Assembly (NCBI GenBank): GCA_002633005.1
Contig: NMRA01000452.1
Span: 96,270 to 160,269, forward strand
From: Phoronis australis
Lineage: Eukaryota; Animalia; Phoronida
Length of the DNA: 64,000 nucleotides
Direction of reading: 5' to 3'
The position numbers and the translations under genes were made by a program. Shown piece by piece: positions 12,356 through 24,200 of the stretch; position 1 is the stretch's first letter, and every line of letters starts with the position of its first letter. The notes beneath the pieces were generated by a model, which was not told the DNA's origin, did no database searches, and saw only the letters and a program-made list of their open reading frames with translations.

Positions 12356-14974
12356 AAATTCTAATCCGATCCCCAAATAGTAAAGTGCACTTGGACGCTT
12401 TTTGCCTACCTAAAATAACTCTCAAAAACATTGATGAAATTTGGACACTTCCCAAAGAAATTTTCATTTCAAATGACAATAAATGCATTGCTTTTCGACT
12501 TCGGTACAAGATTTGTTGTTTAAAGTCACTAACAGGGGATCAAAAAGGAATTAATTCATTAAACCAAGGTAAACGCATTCCTCATGGATTTGATCGCTGG
12601 TTTCTGAATTACATGTTTATGTATCTACGAAAGTGGGTTGATTGAGAGATGATTGTTTGACAATTAGAAGCTAATCTGGTAAGAAATGACAATACTTCAA
12701 TGAACTTAATTGCAGGCCGACATTGGAAATATTTGATCTATCATCAGATCCCCAAATATAACTGTACATTAAACGATTTTGTCTATCTAAAAAAGGCTCA
12801 AGGAAGTTGATGAATTTCGGACAGCTCAACAATGTGTACTAACATGTTCCCACAATTCAAATGACAACAAATTTTATTTTGGCTTAGGAATTAGATTGCT
12901 GGGTTTAACTTTACAAACCGTAGATCGAAAACGAAGTTTAAGTACTTAAATAAATAAACTCAAACTTATTGGTCATCAACTTGGAAAGGTTGTATTTGAA
13001 CTTCGTTGATGTTTTTGGTCTCCAGTAGTATTGCGCTATGAATTTTTGTTCTTCGAAACTGAATCGTTTGCTTGCATTTCCCGTGCATACTACATACACG
13101 GCATGCGCGCACCCAGCCTAAAATATAGGGTGCTCGACTTTTTGAGGATGTGGACCTTTTACTGAAGAAAACCGAATACGGGGTTTGTTCAGGGCTATGA
13201 ATTTTGCACACGCCGAATTTTGCCTTTTTAATGGACTTTTGTCTCGTTATTCTCGGACTTTTTGTTTCACTGAGGAGGACCTTTTTGCCCACTTTGCCAT
13301 CGAGCCCCCCGACCCCCTCCCTAGGTGCGCGCATGCACGGAGCACGTCATGACAGGCACACCCACGTTAAAAATAAGGTGTACCCATATAGTAGGCCTGC
13401 TTAGAATGTCAGTTACCCACGGGAACTGAATTTGAATTCCAGACGTTGAAGTGTGTACATTTTTGGGACACACTCTGTATCATTTTCCCCAACAACCAGA
13501 AACTGGACTATACCGGCTGTGTTTTAACGAGGTATTTTGAAACAGCAACAAAGGCACTCATACCAGGCACTTCGGGACCTCACCTTTCCAAAAATTACTT
13601 CAAAGAATGGCCATAATAAAATGAAATTTTCCCGAAATTGGATCATAATAAAAAGAACCTTGACCTTCGACCCAGCTATAATTACTTCAGGCAGCTTCCA
13701 GCGACCCGTCAGTGCTCTCGGGGCCTTGACACAGTCTTACTCGGGGTGAATCTTTGTCGATTCACGGTTACTCAAATCCTGATGGCTGCATCTCCGGTAT
13801 TACCCCCCACCTATGGCGGACATGGGGGTGGGTTCGGTACAAATACGGTGACATCCAGAGAACGGGGGGAGACGATAGCAAGGGGGTAGGTTGGCGAATT
13901 CAAATTGGTTTGTGCCCCCCCCCCCGGCCCCAATATTTTTTTCCTTCCGACGGGCCTGGGTCCACGTTATTGATTCGTTCATTACTGAGCTTGGCTAATT
14001 AGAAACTAGTGTCATTTTTCTTCTGGTTTGTTACTTGTCTCCTAGGAAACTTGACACCTGAGAAATCAACTAATGTGCTATGTGTCATCTATTAGGCACA
14101 ACGTGATGATCCAGATAGAAGTTGCGTAACTCAAAGCCGCTCTTGTTTGGTCTCAGGAAAAATCTTGTCTATGTCAAGAGACCCACATGTATCGTCTTCG
14201 CTAAGTCTGAGAAAGTAACAACAGATAGCGACGACCATCGGGCGTATTCGACTACTGTCAGTGCTTCTTGATTGAAATTTTAACGTTTCCCTCTGTATCT
14301 CTGGTGTTCCTTGACGGCTGTTCGTGAAATTTGACAAACAACTTGTTATTTTCAAATGCATTTGACCTCGACAACCTAATGGACATTTTTATTGTTTTCC
14401 AGTCTGTTTTTGATATCTATCTCTCTATCGGACAAACCTTAAGGATTATTGTAAAAACTGGCGTACCTAGTCCTCAGTACTGAGACGGTTCTTTTTGCAC
14501 GGCTGCGTCTACTGTGGTATATTTCAGGCTCGTAGCCAGCATTGCGCTGGGGGTGGTTCGAATTTCTAGTATGGTAGACTTTTGATATTTTACAAACGTC
14601 GACACTATAGAGTTTTCGGTAAGGCCCTTGACGCAGCTTAACTAGGGGGAGGGAAATCTATTTACACAACGACGACTCTCAGCTCTATGTTCCCAAGATC
14701 AGACGGAATTCGTAATACCAGAAACGAGGTTGCCCTGACGGTTACTCTCAAAGAACGGGACACAAATTCGGATGTAACGTGGTCTAGAAAGAGAATGTTC
14801 CCGCGTTACCCCCTGCCAAACTTTCAAACCGCGCGTGCTTAAATGAGTGATAACACCTCATTACATACTCGGAAGGAAATATTTAATCGGAGCATGATCA
14901 ACTTGAATAGGCCTATTTTGATTTAGTTGTATTTTGCTTGTTACTTATCTTGCTTACATCGCTGCATATGGGAA

Positions 14975-16727
14975 CAGCCCATTATTCCAAAGGTTCACTA
15001 TTCCGAAGGTCACTACTACGAAAAGACATCAGAAATTTCGGACTTGGATGTATCAGATATCCCCTTTTACCTGCAAAAATGAACGACATTTCTGTCATTA
15101 GATGCACAAGGTGGTGTACCTATGTTCAAACAACACACAGATTTGTCTTTCGAATACGGAAAATGAGTACGTACTTGAATTTTAAAAAGATTATGAAGTA
15201 GGAATATTGAGGAATTACCAACCATGATACATTCATCGATTCCATGCAAGGTCGCATCATTTTACAGCGTGCATAGGCGGATTTAGGGGGGGCAGAGTGC
15301 CCCCCCTTGGCTGCCGCAAAAAAATAAAACAGTAAGAGCGTAGGTAAATGTTGAGTTTATTAATTAACCCCGGTAATTAAAATTATACGGATGAAAAAAG
15401 ATTTAAATGTGTGCAGTTTTAGTGTTGTGGGGGGGCTCAAATCCAATTTCAAGTGTCAAATTCGGAACACGGCGCATTCGTAACGGAACTATGGCTAAGT
15501 ATAGGCTTTCCCGCGATATCCCAGGCGACCGGCTGCTCCACTGTGCAATGAAGAAAATTTACTTCATTTTTTAAAGAAAATGGAACCTGAGTGACGATGA
15601 AAAAACAGAAGATGCTGGTAAGATGTGAATTTCAATCGAAGCCTTAGTGAATCACTCAGAAACTCGCAATACTCTCTTTGTCAAACCTTATCTTAAGACG
15701 ATTTCCAAAGCAATCTCGTCATTATTGCCAACACGAAAAACGGATTTGGTCTTTTGGGCATTTAAAGACTATTTTAAATACGACAAATTTGTTAAGAATT
15801 GATGGCACAAAATATAAAACTCGTAATAAGCATTGCAAAAAGAAGTACTTTTCGCGCGCAAACGCTGTGGACCATACACAAGTAGATCTCTTACTATGAG
15901 ACTAGAACTTAAATCGTGGTGGCGTACTGGTATTGCAGGCGCGCTCTATCCGCCAGGTCGTGAGTTCGAGTCTTTGATACTTGCAGGTTTTCCTGTTTGA
16001 CACGTTCTCCGTGTTTTTTTTTTGCCGTTTTTTCTTGAATAATACTTCAGGAATCAAGGAAAATGCTTGATTTTTAGAGGTAAAAACAAACCCCCCTCCC
16101 GACCTCCCCCCATTAGGTGCTATGCGCATCTACAATGATCGTGGTTCTGTTTTCTTAAATGCTTACAGCCGGACAAAATGTTGGGCCCCTCTTGTGATAT
16201 CCTAGATCCGCCACTGACTGAGCTAGTTTAGGGCTGCTGCCCCTCAAACTCACCCATCGGAATCACGAGCATCGCCGGGTCGAAACTAAATGTAGTTAGT
16301 AGGCCACCCTGTCCCTGCCAGTCTTCACGAAGTCGGAGAGTCCCATTCAGTCTTCTTAAATATAAAACCGCCGCTATTGGTTGCTGAAGTCCTGACCGGT
16401 GTTGTCCCTGCTTGAGACTGAATGAGTCGTTAGATTGAAGATTCGCGATTGGCAGTTATTGGAACTGAGCTCATTTGTAAACAATGTATTCAATGTTTTA
16501 AGAACTATTCAACTTTTGTTCACCCTTTAAATAGTTACTTAATGGGCTCAAAAACAATACTTTTCTCATGTCAGTTCCGACTCGTTAGCAGACAATCAAG
16601 AGTAACTGTTCTGGTTTCGGAATTGTGTTCGAAGTATTGAACTTTCGAAGATAGCGACCCTTCGCAGTAACTTCGGGGTAGTGGACTTTCAGAGTGATGA
16701 ACCTTCGGAATAGTGACATGTAACCTT
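14975..16727. mobile_element. Decayed TIR element with about 17-bp subterminal subrepeats and a nested GC-rich MITE remnant (about 15272-16216)
   Basis: Repeats of CACTATTCCGAAGGT at 14980-15025 are inverted relative to ACCTTCGGAATAGTG-like repeats at 16630-16727. Inner ends read CATAGGCGGATTTAGG and CCTAGATCCGCCACTG. Confidence 0.45.
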
Positions 16728-16909
16728 GGAAATCTTTTCCATCAAGTTTTTGCTCGTATGACGCGTGCGAGGCTGTGCGCCATCGGCACTGATTGACGAG
16801 AGAAGACTTTCTTCATTGACCAAAGTTTTTATTAGGTCTAGACCTACTTTTCCCTAATAATATGAACATTCTCGTCGGGGTTTTCTTAGTGCAAGAAAAT
16901 ACGGTAGTT

Positions 16910-17048
16910 CATGGGCGTGCAGCACTGAAAAAAGTGAGGGCTATAGCCCCCCTACGGTGCGCCGCCCCCCGGCATAGGTCATGGGCGGCGCAGTACTGAA
17001 AAAAGTGGGGACTATAGTCCCCCAACCCCCTATGGTGCGCCGCCCATG
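16910..17048. mobile_element. Dimeric mini-MITE (hAT-like termini) with 5-bp TSD
   Basis: CATGGGCG...CGCCCATG termini, two similar 60-70-bp units in tandem, flanked by TAGTT at 16905-16909 and 17049-17053. Confidence 0.7.
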
Positions 17049-17716
17049 TAGTTAAATGTCTAATTTTTGAGCAACGACGAAGGACTGCCTATAGTAAATT
17101 TAATTATCATCGGCGTGTACTGAATTTAAAAGAATGGAAACGCACACACGTGTATATGCATGCATGCCATCCACCAATCCACCAAACCACAACCAAAGTG
17201 GAAATTTGAAAATGTCTGCACTTTACCGTACTCTGCCACCGTCAAAATAGCAGATAAAGCTAGTTTGTGCTATTTTGTTTCTTGGTCGATTTTAAGACGT
17301 TCGCACTGCACCACTTTTTTGGGGGGGTCTCTCGCTGCTATATAGCCTATCTAGGTATAGACACTTACTTCTAGACTCCCGTGTTACCCTATGTTGTAGC
17401 CATCACACGCGTTCAATGCCGACGAAAAACATAAAGCCTCCTCTAATCGTCTGCACGATCCTATCATCAAACACCATTCGGCCCGATGATTACGTGAACT
17501 AAATTCAAAATTATTACTGACTTAGTTATCATTGTAATTAGATACCAGTAACTGCAACAATTTTGTTGTTGTCCAACTATATTCGAACTTTAACTGATGG
17601 GTCGGGACTGGACCTTTTCCGCGGGGGGGGGGTTCGATGGAACCCGAGAACGATCAACCCCCCCCCCCCCCCCCGGCTACGGGTCTGCCAGTGTATTTGC
17701 GTCCGAAATCTCCTGT

Positions 17717-18099
17717 GGCCGGTTGCATGAAACAGTCCCAAAAAGGGACTTAACTAAGTTCCCTAAATCTTTTTTGTATTTGTTTCGTTCTTTGTTATGA
17801 GCTCCTCTTTGACTGACGACTTTTCCTAATAACAAATCTAAAAACTGAGCCCTTAATTCAATCAAAATAATCAGGGACTTAGAGAGCGTTACATGAAAAG
17901 ATCTCTACTTATTTTCAATAATGTTGAGAATTAAAGGTATAGTTCACTTTCGATTTGTATCAAACGCCAGACGTGGTAACGATACTCCAACAGCATAAGA
18001 TAGGACAATCGGTGTTTCCACAAGCCCGCAAATACGCACTCCAGTAGATTTAGGGAACTTAGGCGAGTCTCTATTTGGGACTGTTTCATGGAACCGAGC
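17717..18099. mobile_element. MITE with about 50-bp TIRs (PIF/Harbinger-like)
   Basis: CGGTTGCATGAAACAGTCCCAAA...TAAGTTCCCTAAATCT inverted at AGATTTAGGGAACTTA...TTTGGGACTGTTTCATGGAACCG. Confidence 0.7.
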
Positions 18100-19145
18100 A
18101 CTGCGCCCTCTGCAGGATCTTCGTTAAATTTGACAAGTTTACATTTATGCCATCAGTGTGTGAAAACTTCTGAGTTGTTACTTTTTATCCCAGTCTGCAT
18201 GATCTGGTATTTGCTAAGCAGCCGATGCCGGGCTCATAGGTGACAGTAAAATTTGCGATTGTGATATTAAGGATTCAGTTAAAACAATGAAAAACTTGTG
18301 CATACTTCAGCTTGGCAAGGGCAAAATAACAGTATCAATGTTGACCCTGGGATGGATTTCGTGAAAACCTGTCTTACTTTCTAAATTACTATATTTTTAC
18401 TGCCAACACCTGTATTTTACAGTGTACTCCAAAACTAAACACAGGCGTCCAAAACAAATTTGTGACACTCCTAGATATGCTGAGAATGACGTCACTGCAA
18501 CTTTTTGACAAGTGGTGATCTTTCGAAAAATACCTTGATCTCATGTCCACGTCATGAGAAACACAGCAATGGAGCTTTGGGGTCAGCATAAATAGAGGTA
18601 TGGAGCTTTGAGGTCATAGCAAACTGTGGTTCAAAATAGCAAGTTACAGCAGTGAACGCTGGTCCTAATAGCTCCATGAACAGGCTATTAAGATAAGAAT
18701 GTACTAGTAGAAAAACACTAAATAAAATTGTTAGCAGCTGCTCAGATATCTCCCGAACAAAGTGTTTCCCCATTTCGACAATGTCATGTACTTCTTTACA
18801 ACATTGCTAGAAAACTTGTGCTTGTACACCAGACCTGTAGTCCTGTAACATGCTTCATGGAAAACTAAAATTGCTAAAAAATCTAATCAGTGTCACTTCA
18901 ACTGCACACGGCCTAAGGGACAGAATATCCACACATTCTCTAAGTCCGAAACAAATTGAGTTTTTTTTGGAAATCTGTTATCATTTCAAGTTATTAATAA
19001 TAAACGGACTTTGGTCATGTTATTGATGCTGTTATTTTGCTATAGATGCACCTCTCTTTTTGCTAAATTTTACTAAAAAGACCATGACCCATTCATTGGC
19101 AGACTGGTATAAACTGAAGCACCACAAAGAACAGTTCAAGTTATG

Positions 19146-19151
19146 TTTATT
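19146..19151 (-). terminator. Candidate SETD2 polyadenylation signal (AATAAA)
   Basis: AATAAA on the minus strand followed by a GU/U-rich tract. 19150-20232 looks like AT-rich 3' UTR. Confidence 0.4.
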
Positions 19152-20232
19152 AAAATACTTCCAATAGAAAACATTATATGATACCTATCGTGACTGATAA
19201 AACTAAAAACAATAAAAGAAATACTGACATTTAACTTACTATACACACACCTGCAATTCACCAGAGTGGCAGCAAGTCACAGCAGTTTTGGTACAGACTA
19301 TTTACAAATACGCAAAAATAAAACCGAAATTGACAACCTTAGTAACACAAATATACAACAGATGGAGCAATACAAACATCTGATTACATCTGAAATCGGC
19401 AATGAAAATTTCACACCACGAGACCATATTTGTCAAAAGGCATGAACTCTTCTACACCTACAACTTAGCAAAGCATTTAAAGCTGCCATGAACCAAGTTT
19501 ATTTCAGAAAAAAACTAACTTTCGATTTATACTACTTGTCATTATCAAACTGATCTGAAATTGGCCTCCCGGGGCTTAGGAAAAATGTTATTGTTTGCAA
19601 TTAGACACAACAAATACCAAGTGTAACTTCAAGTAATAACACACTGTCAGCTTTTCCCAAGCGCAGAGACCCTTCTAATCCAAGTAAGGAACAATCAAGA
19701 CCAGTTTTAAAACAGTAACTGCTCTAAGTCGAAAGCTAGTTATTTCAAAAAACAGGTTTATAACACTTTTGTAACCATTTAAAACATCTCAATACTTTTG
19801 TTATCTCCTATTTCCTCTTGGAGGCATTTCATATCTGCATCAAGATACGGCTAAAATCATGGCTTCAACCTTGAATGTCTCAAAAGTCGTAGCAGAAGAT
19901 TATTTACAATCCTTAGTCTACCTAATGATGTAATCATTACCAGTGCATTCAACAGCATGAGACATGACATGTTATGGGTGGAGTTCATAGATGTGCAAAC
20001 ACAAAACACTTCCAAAGGAAAATTTGAGGTTATGAAAACACCCAAGGTGTTGCGGATACTTAGAGAAACATACTTTACAGTATACCGATAACAATAACGG
20101 CCCTGAATGGATTAATTAATTCCTAATAACTACAGAATACCTACGATACTTAGCAAATGTCATCAACAGTATATTCTAAACTACCAATGCAAACTGTAAA
20201 AAATATACATCGCCCTCAAAGCATCCTTACCC

Positions 20233-21150
20233 NNNNNNNNNNNNNNNNNNNNNNNNNNNNNNNNNNNNNNNNNNNNNNNNNNNNNNNNNNNNNNNNNNNN
20301 NNNNNNNNNNNNNNNNNNNNNNNNNNNNNNNNNNNNNNNNNNNNNNNNNNNNNNNNNNNNNNNNNNNNNNNNNNNNNNNNNNNNNNNNNNNNNNNNNNNN
20401 NNNNNNNNNNNNNNNNNNNNNNNNNNNNNNNNNNNNNNNNNNNNNNNNNNNNNNNNNNNNNNNNNNNNNNNNNNNNNNNNNNNNNNNNNNNNNNNNNNNN
20501 NNNNNNNNNNNNNNNNNNNNNNNNNNNNNNNNNNNNNNNNNNNNNNNNNNNNNNNNNNNNNNNNNNNNNNNNNNNNNNNNNNNNNNNNNNNNNNNNNNNN
20601 NNNNNNNNNNNNNNNNNNNNNNNNNNNNNNNNNNNNNNNNNNNNNNNNNNNNNNNNNNNNNNNNNNNNNNNNNNNNNNNNNNNNNNNNNNNNNNNNNNNN
20701 NNNNNNNNNNNNNNNNNNNNNNNNNNNNNNNNNNNNNNNNNNNNNNNNNNNNNNNNNNNNNNNNNNNNNNNNNNNNNNNNNNNNNNNNNNNNNNNNNNNN
20801 NNNNNNNNNNNNNNNNNNNNNNNNNNNNNNNNNNNNNNNNNNNNNNNNNNNNNNNNNNNNNNNNNNNNNNNNNNNNNNNNNNNNNNNNNNNNNNNNNNNN
20901 NNNNNNNNNNNNNNNNNNNNNNNNNNNNNNNNNNNNNNNNNNNNNNNNNNNNNNNNNNNNNNNNNNNNNNNNNNNNNNNNNNNNNNNNNNNNNNNNNNNN
21001 NNNNNNNNNNNNNNNNNNNNNNNNNNNNNNNNNNNNNNNNNNNNNNNNNNNNNNNNNNNNNNNNNNNNNNNNNNNNNNNNNNNNNNNNNNNNNNNNNNNN
21101 NNNNNNNNNNNNNNNNNNNNNNNNNNNNNNNNNNNNNNNNNNNNNNNNNN
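20233..21150. other. Assembly gap (N run) truncating the 3' end of SETD2
   Basis: 918 consecutive Ns; the WW-domain exon runs into it. Confidence 0.99.
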
Positions 21151-21212
21151 CCTCAGCCTCTATTTCAGCCGCCTCAGCATCCTCCAAGGTGGGGGGCTCC
21201 CACTGGGTTTTT
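21151..21212 (-). CDS. SETD2: SETD2 coding exon 20, partial (WW domain C-half), cut by the gap
   Basis: TTTAG|A AAA ACC CAG TGG GAG CCC CCC = KTQWEPPT. Confidence 0.93.
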
Positions 21213-24200
21213 CTAAAATGCAAAATGACATGAAAAACATTGACAACTTTGTGACACTAAAACTCCAGCATCCCCTTTAACAGTACAAAAATGGCATAAT
21301 AATTGTAAAAAAACAAAAAAATTTCGCAGGGTAAAAAATTGACCAAAGAACCAACAGCATTATCTTTTGTCTTTAATTTTTGTTAAACGCTTATTATGTA
21401 AAACACAATGCACAGTAATTGGAGTCAAACCCCTATAGCATATCTTTGAAGAGAACATCCAAGCACTCTCATAAGGGCTGAAACATGCCATACCGTTTAC
21501 GTAAATGAATCCCAGTCTATAAGTATATCAACATTCTTGCATTTTAGACTATTTTCGTAAATTTAGCAAAAGCGTGTCATAGTGTAGAAATGCTGCCAGG
21601 ACTTCACTGCAAACAATGTGCTTCTAGGGGTGTTTATTAGTATCATGTAGCATAGCTAACACTGATTTGATTACTAAGATATGAAATCTGAATATCTACT
21701 GACATTCCAGTCACACACCATAAGCTGGCCAACAGGGGGCGTTATGGTGGTCCAATCTGTCAGTATAATTCAACTATTCTAGCACATCTTAGCCATCCGC
21801 ATTTGTTTCAAGTTTTATCACAATCTGTCGATCAGTTTTGACAATAAAGGAAAAGCAAAAAAGTAAGTCAAAAGTTAAAATTGTCGGAGCCTATGCACAC
21901 TAATCACGTATTATTGTCTAGTTCCATCAAAACCGGGCAAGCCCTTCTGACAAAAACTGACAGGCATGGAAAATTGTGGCAAAAATTATTGCCAATGCAG
22001 TCAAATCAGTGCGAAAACCGACTGGTGACGGTGGATTCAAGGAAAAAGGAGATACTGCCACAGATGCAAAAAAATAAAATTGTCACTAGAGAGGTACAGC
22101 AGTAGTTGGATACGTCCAAATGTCGACGTTGTCTATTGTCAACTTCATATTAATTAACTTGCCAAATTTAACAAAGATTCTGCAGAGGGTTTGGGAGATA
22201 CATCCATAGATGCAAAAAATGCCACTAGGAGGCACCACAGTAGTCTGAGTCATCCAAAAATCATCATCAGCTGTCTTCTTCACGGTAGAAACATAAACGC
22301 CAATTTCCAAAATCATCCTTAAAGTAGTTTGGTTGATAGAGGGGAGGATGCCAAAAACGGACTAGAAAACAATGGCCATTAGATGGCGCAAAATACGTCG
22401 AATGTATCCAAACGGGAACATGTCATCGTTTTTTTTTAAATAGCCAGATATTTACCAATTTTCATAAAAATCCACCAAAGAACTTGAAAAAAAAAGAAAA
22501 ACAAAAAACATAAAATTTCCACTAGGGGGCACAGCGTTCCTCAGATCCAGAAAGCTGTCGTCATTGTCCGCTGTCAATTTCATTTACTAAAATACACTTG
22601 TTGAATGTAATAAAGATCAAGCAGAGGGTTTAGGAGATACAACCATGGGTGCAAAAAAACTGCCACTAGGAGGCGCCACAGTAGTCCAAGCCATCAGAAA
22701 ACCATCATCAGCCATCGTCTTCACAGCAGGAACATATACGCCAATTTTTACAATCAACAATCATCCTTAGAGTGGTTTGGTTAATAGAGGGGCAGATGCC
22801 AAAAGACTCTAAAACATTAAAAACGGCCACCAGGTGGCGCAAAATACCTCGAATCCACCCAAAAACAAGAGGAGAGCACCATCTCACTGATAAATGCCTA
22901 TCTGCCAAATTTTATTAAAATCCATTGAGTTAGCTCATGCCGTCCCATCCATGAAAGGTACACATGTGACGGTATAATGCGCTCACATATAAAAGTGTGA
23001 CAAACTGTTTTGAAAGACAAGCAATATCTTGTCGAAACACAGCCAACAGGGGGCACCCCAATAGTCGGGAAAATATAATGGTGCAAAAAATGTCCAACTT
23101 TAAAGAAAGATTAAATAAGAATGATGAGCCAAAAATAAAACCCATGAAATTCATTGTGACCATAGTATAACCCTCGAAAAAAGAAGCCCATTGCAGAATT
23201 AAATAAAATCATTCGACACTCGTCACTGGGTGAAACTGATGTCCCAAGGTAATGGCCATTTTACCTAAACATTGCTCAGCCTACGATTATTTCGCCCTAG
23301 TTCAGAGCTTGAATCATTTCTTCAGACAACCCAGACTTTCCACTGAAGTGCAAATGTGTGCCAAAATAATAGTCAGACTACACGCGCGGCCCAGGATGAA
23401 CACGTGCAGTGCACCCCTTCACCTACCTTGTCTTTGTGTGGTAATAGTACACCTTGCCCTCTGCATCCTTCGCCATTCTCCAGTTAACAGGCAGCTTGAC
23501 CTCCTTCGGTCTGGGGGGTGATGGTGGGGGCGGGATATCTTCGCTATCAGTGGGCGGGGCCGAACTCTGCAGAGTGACAGCTTGTTGTTGCTGTTGCTGC
23601 AGCTGCTGCTGTTGCTGAAGGATCTGCTGTAACTGTTGGACCTGAAGACAGGAAGAATACAAGTTGTGCAAGTTCTTAACTCCATCTTTTGGAAGACACA
23701 AAAACTGCTTGTACGGTAAAATCTCACCCATTTAGAACACAATATGGCAGACAAGTGAAATTTTATGTTTTTATTGATTTATACAAGACAGGCAGCACTA
23801 AATAAATGATATGCCATTATAAAGGTATATGCTATAGCTACATTCAGATGTTTCTGAGAAATTGTGGACATTCAAAAGGATATTAGAAGCTTTTGAAAAA
23901 TGAAAAAAATACCAATCTTGGCAATTATTTTTGTCCGAAATTGGTGAGATTTTACCGTGCAATGTGGCGGAGGAGAAACGGAAAGTGGGAAACTTTTGGA
24001 CTGAAGCGTTCAAAAAATGTTTGTAAGTGTCAAAAATGTTTGTAAGTGTCTAAAAATGTTTGTAAGTGTCCAAAAATGTTTGTAAGTGTCTAAAAATGTT
24101 TGTAAGTGTCTAAAAAGGCAGTTTATCAAGATTGTCAACAACTTCAGGAGAAATGGATCCATTAAAGATCATTTTCAAACACTCCCGTTCTGACATCGTT

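Noticed and set aside
13453-13480. Tc1/mariner-like terminus (TACAGAGTGTGTCCCAAAA on minus)
   Set aside because: No matching opposite end or transposase remnant found.
14525-17687. One large hAT element bounded by CAGGCTCGTAGCC and GGCTACGGGTCTG
   Set aside because: Ends are complementary but there is no TSD; they could be independent fragments of a common MITE family.
20157-21233. 358-aa and 335-aa ORF-track entries
   Set aside because: Artefacts of the N gap; only the KTQWEPPT part is real (SETD2 exon).
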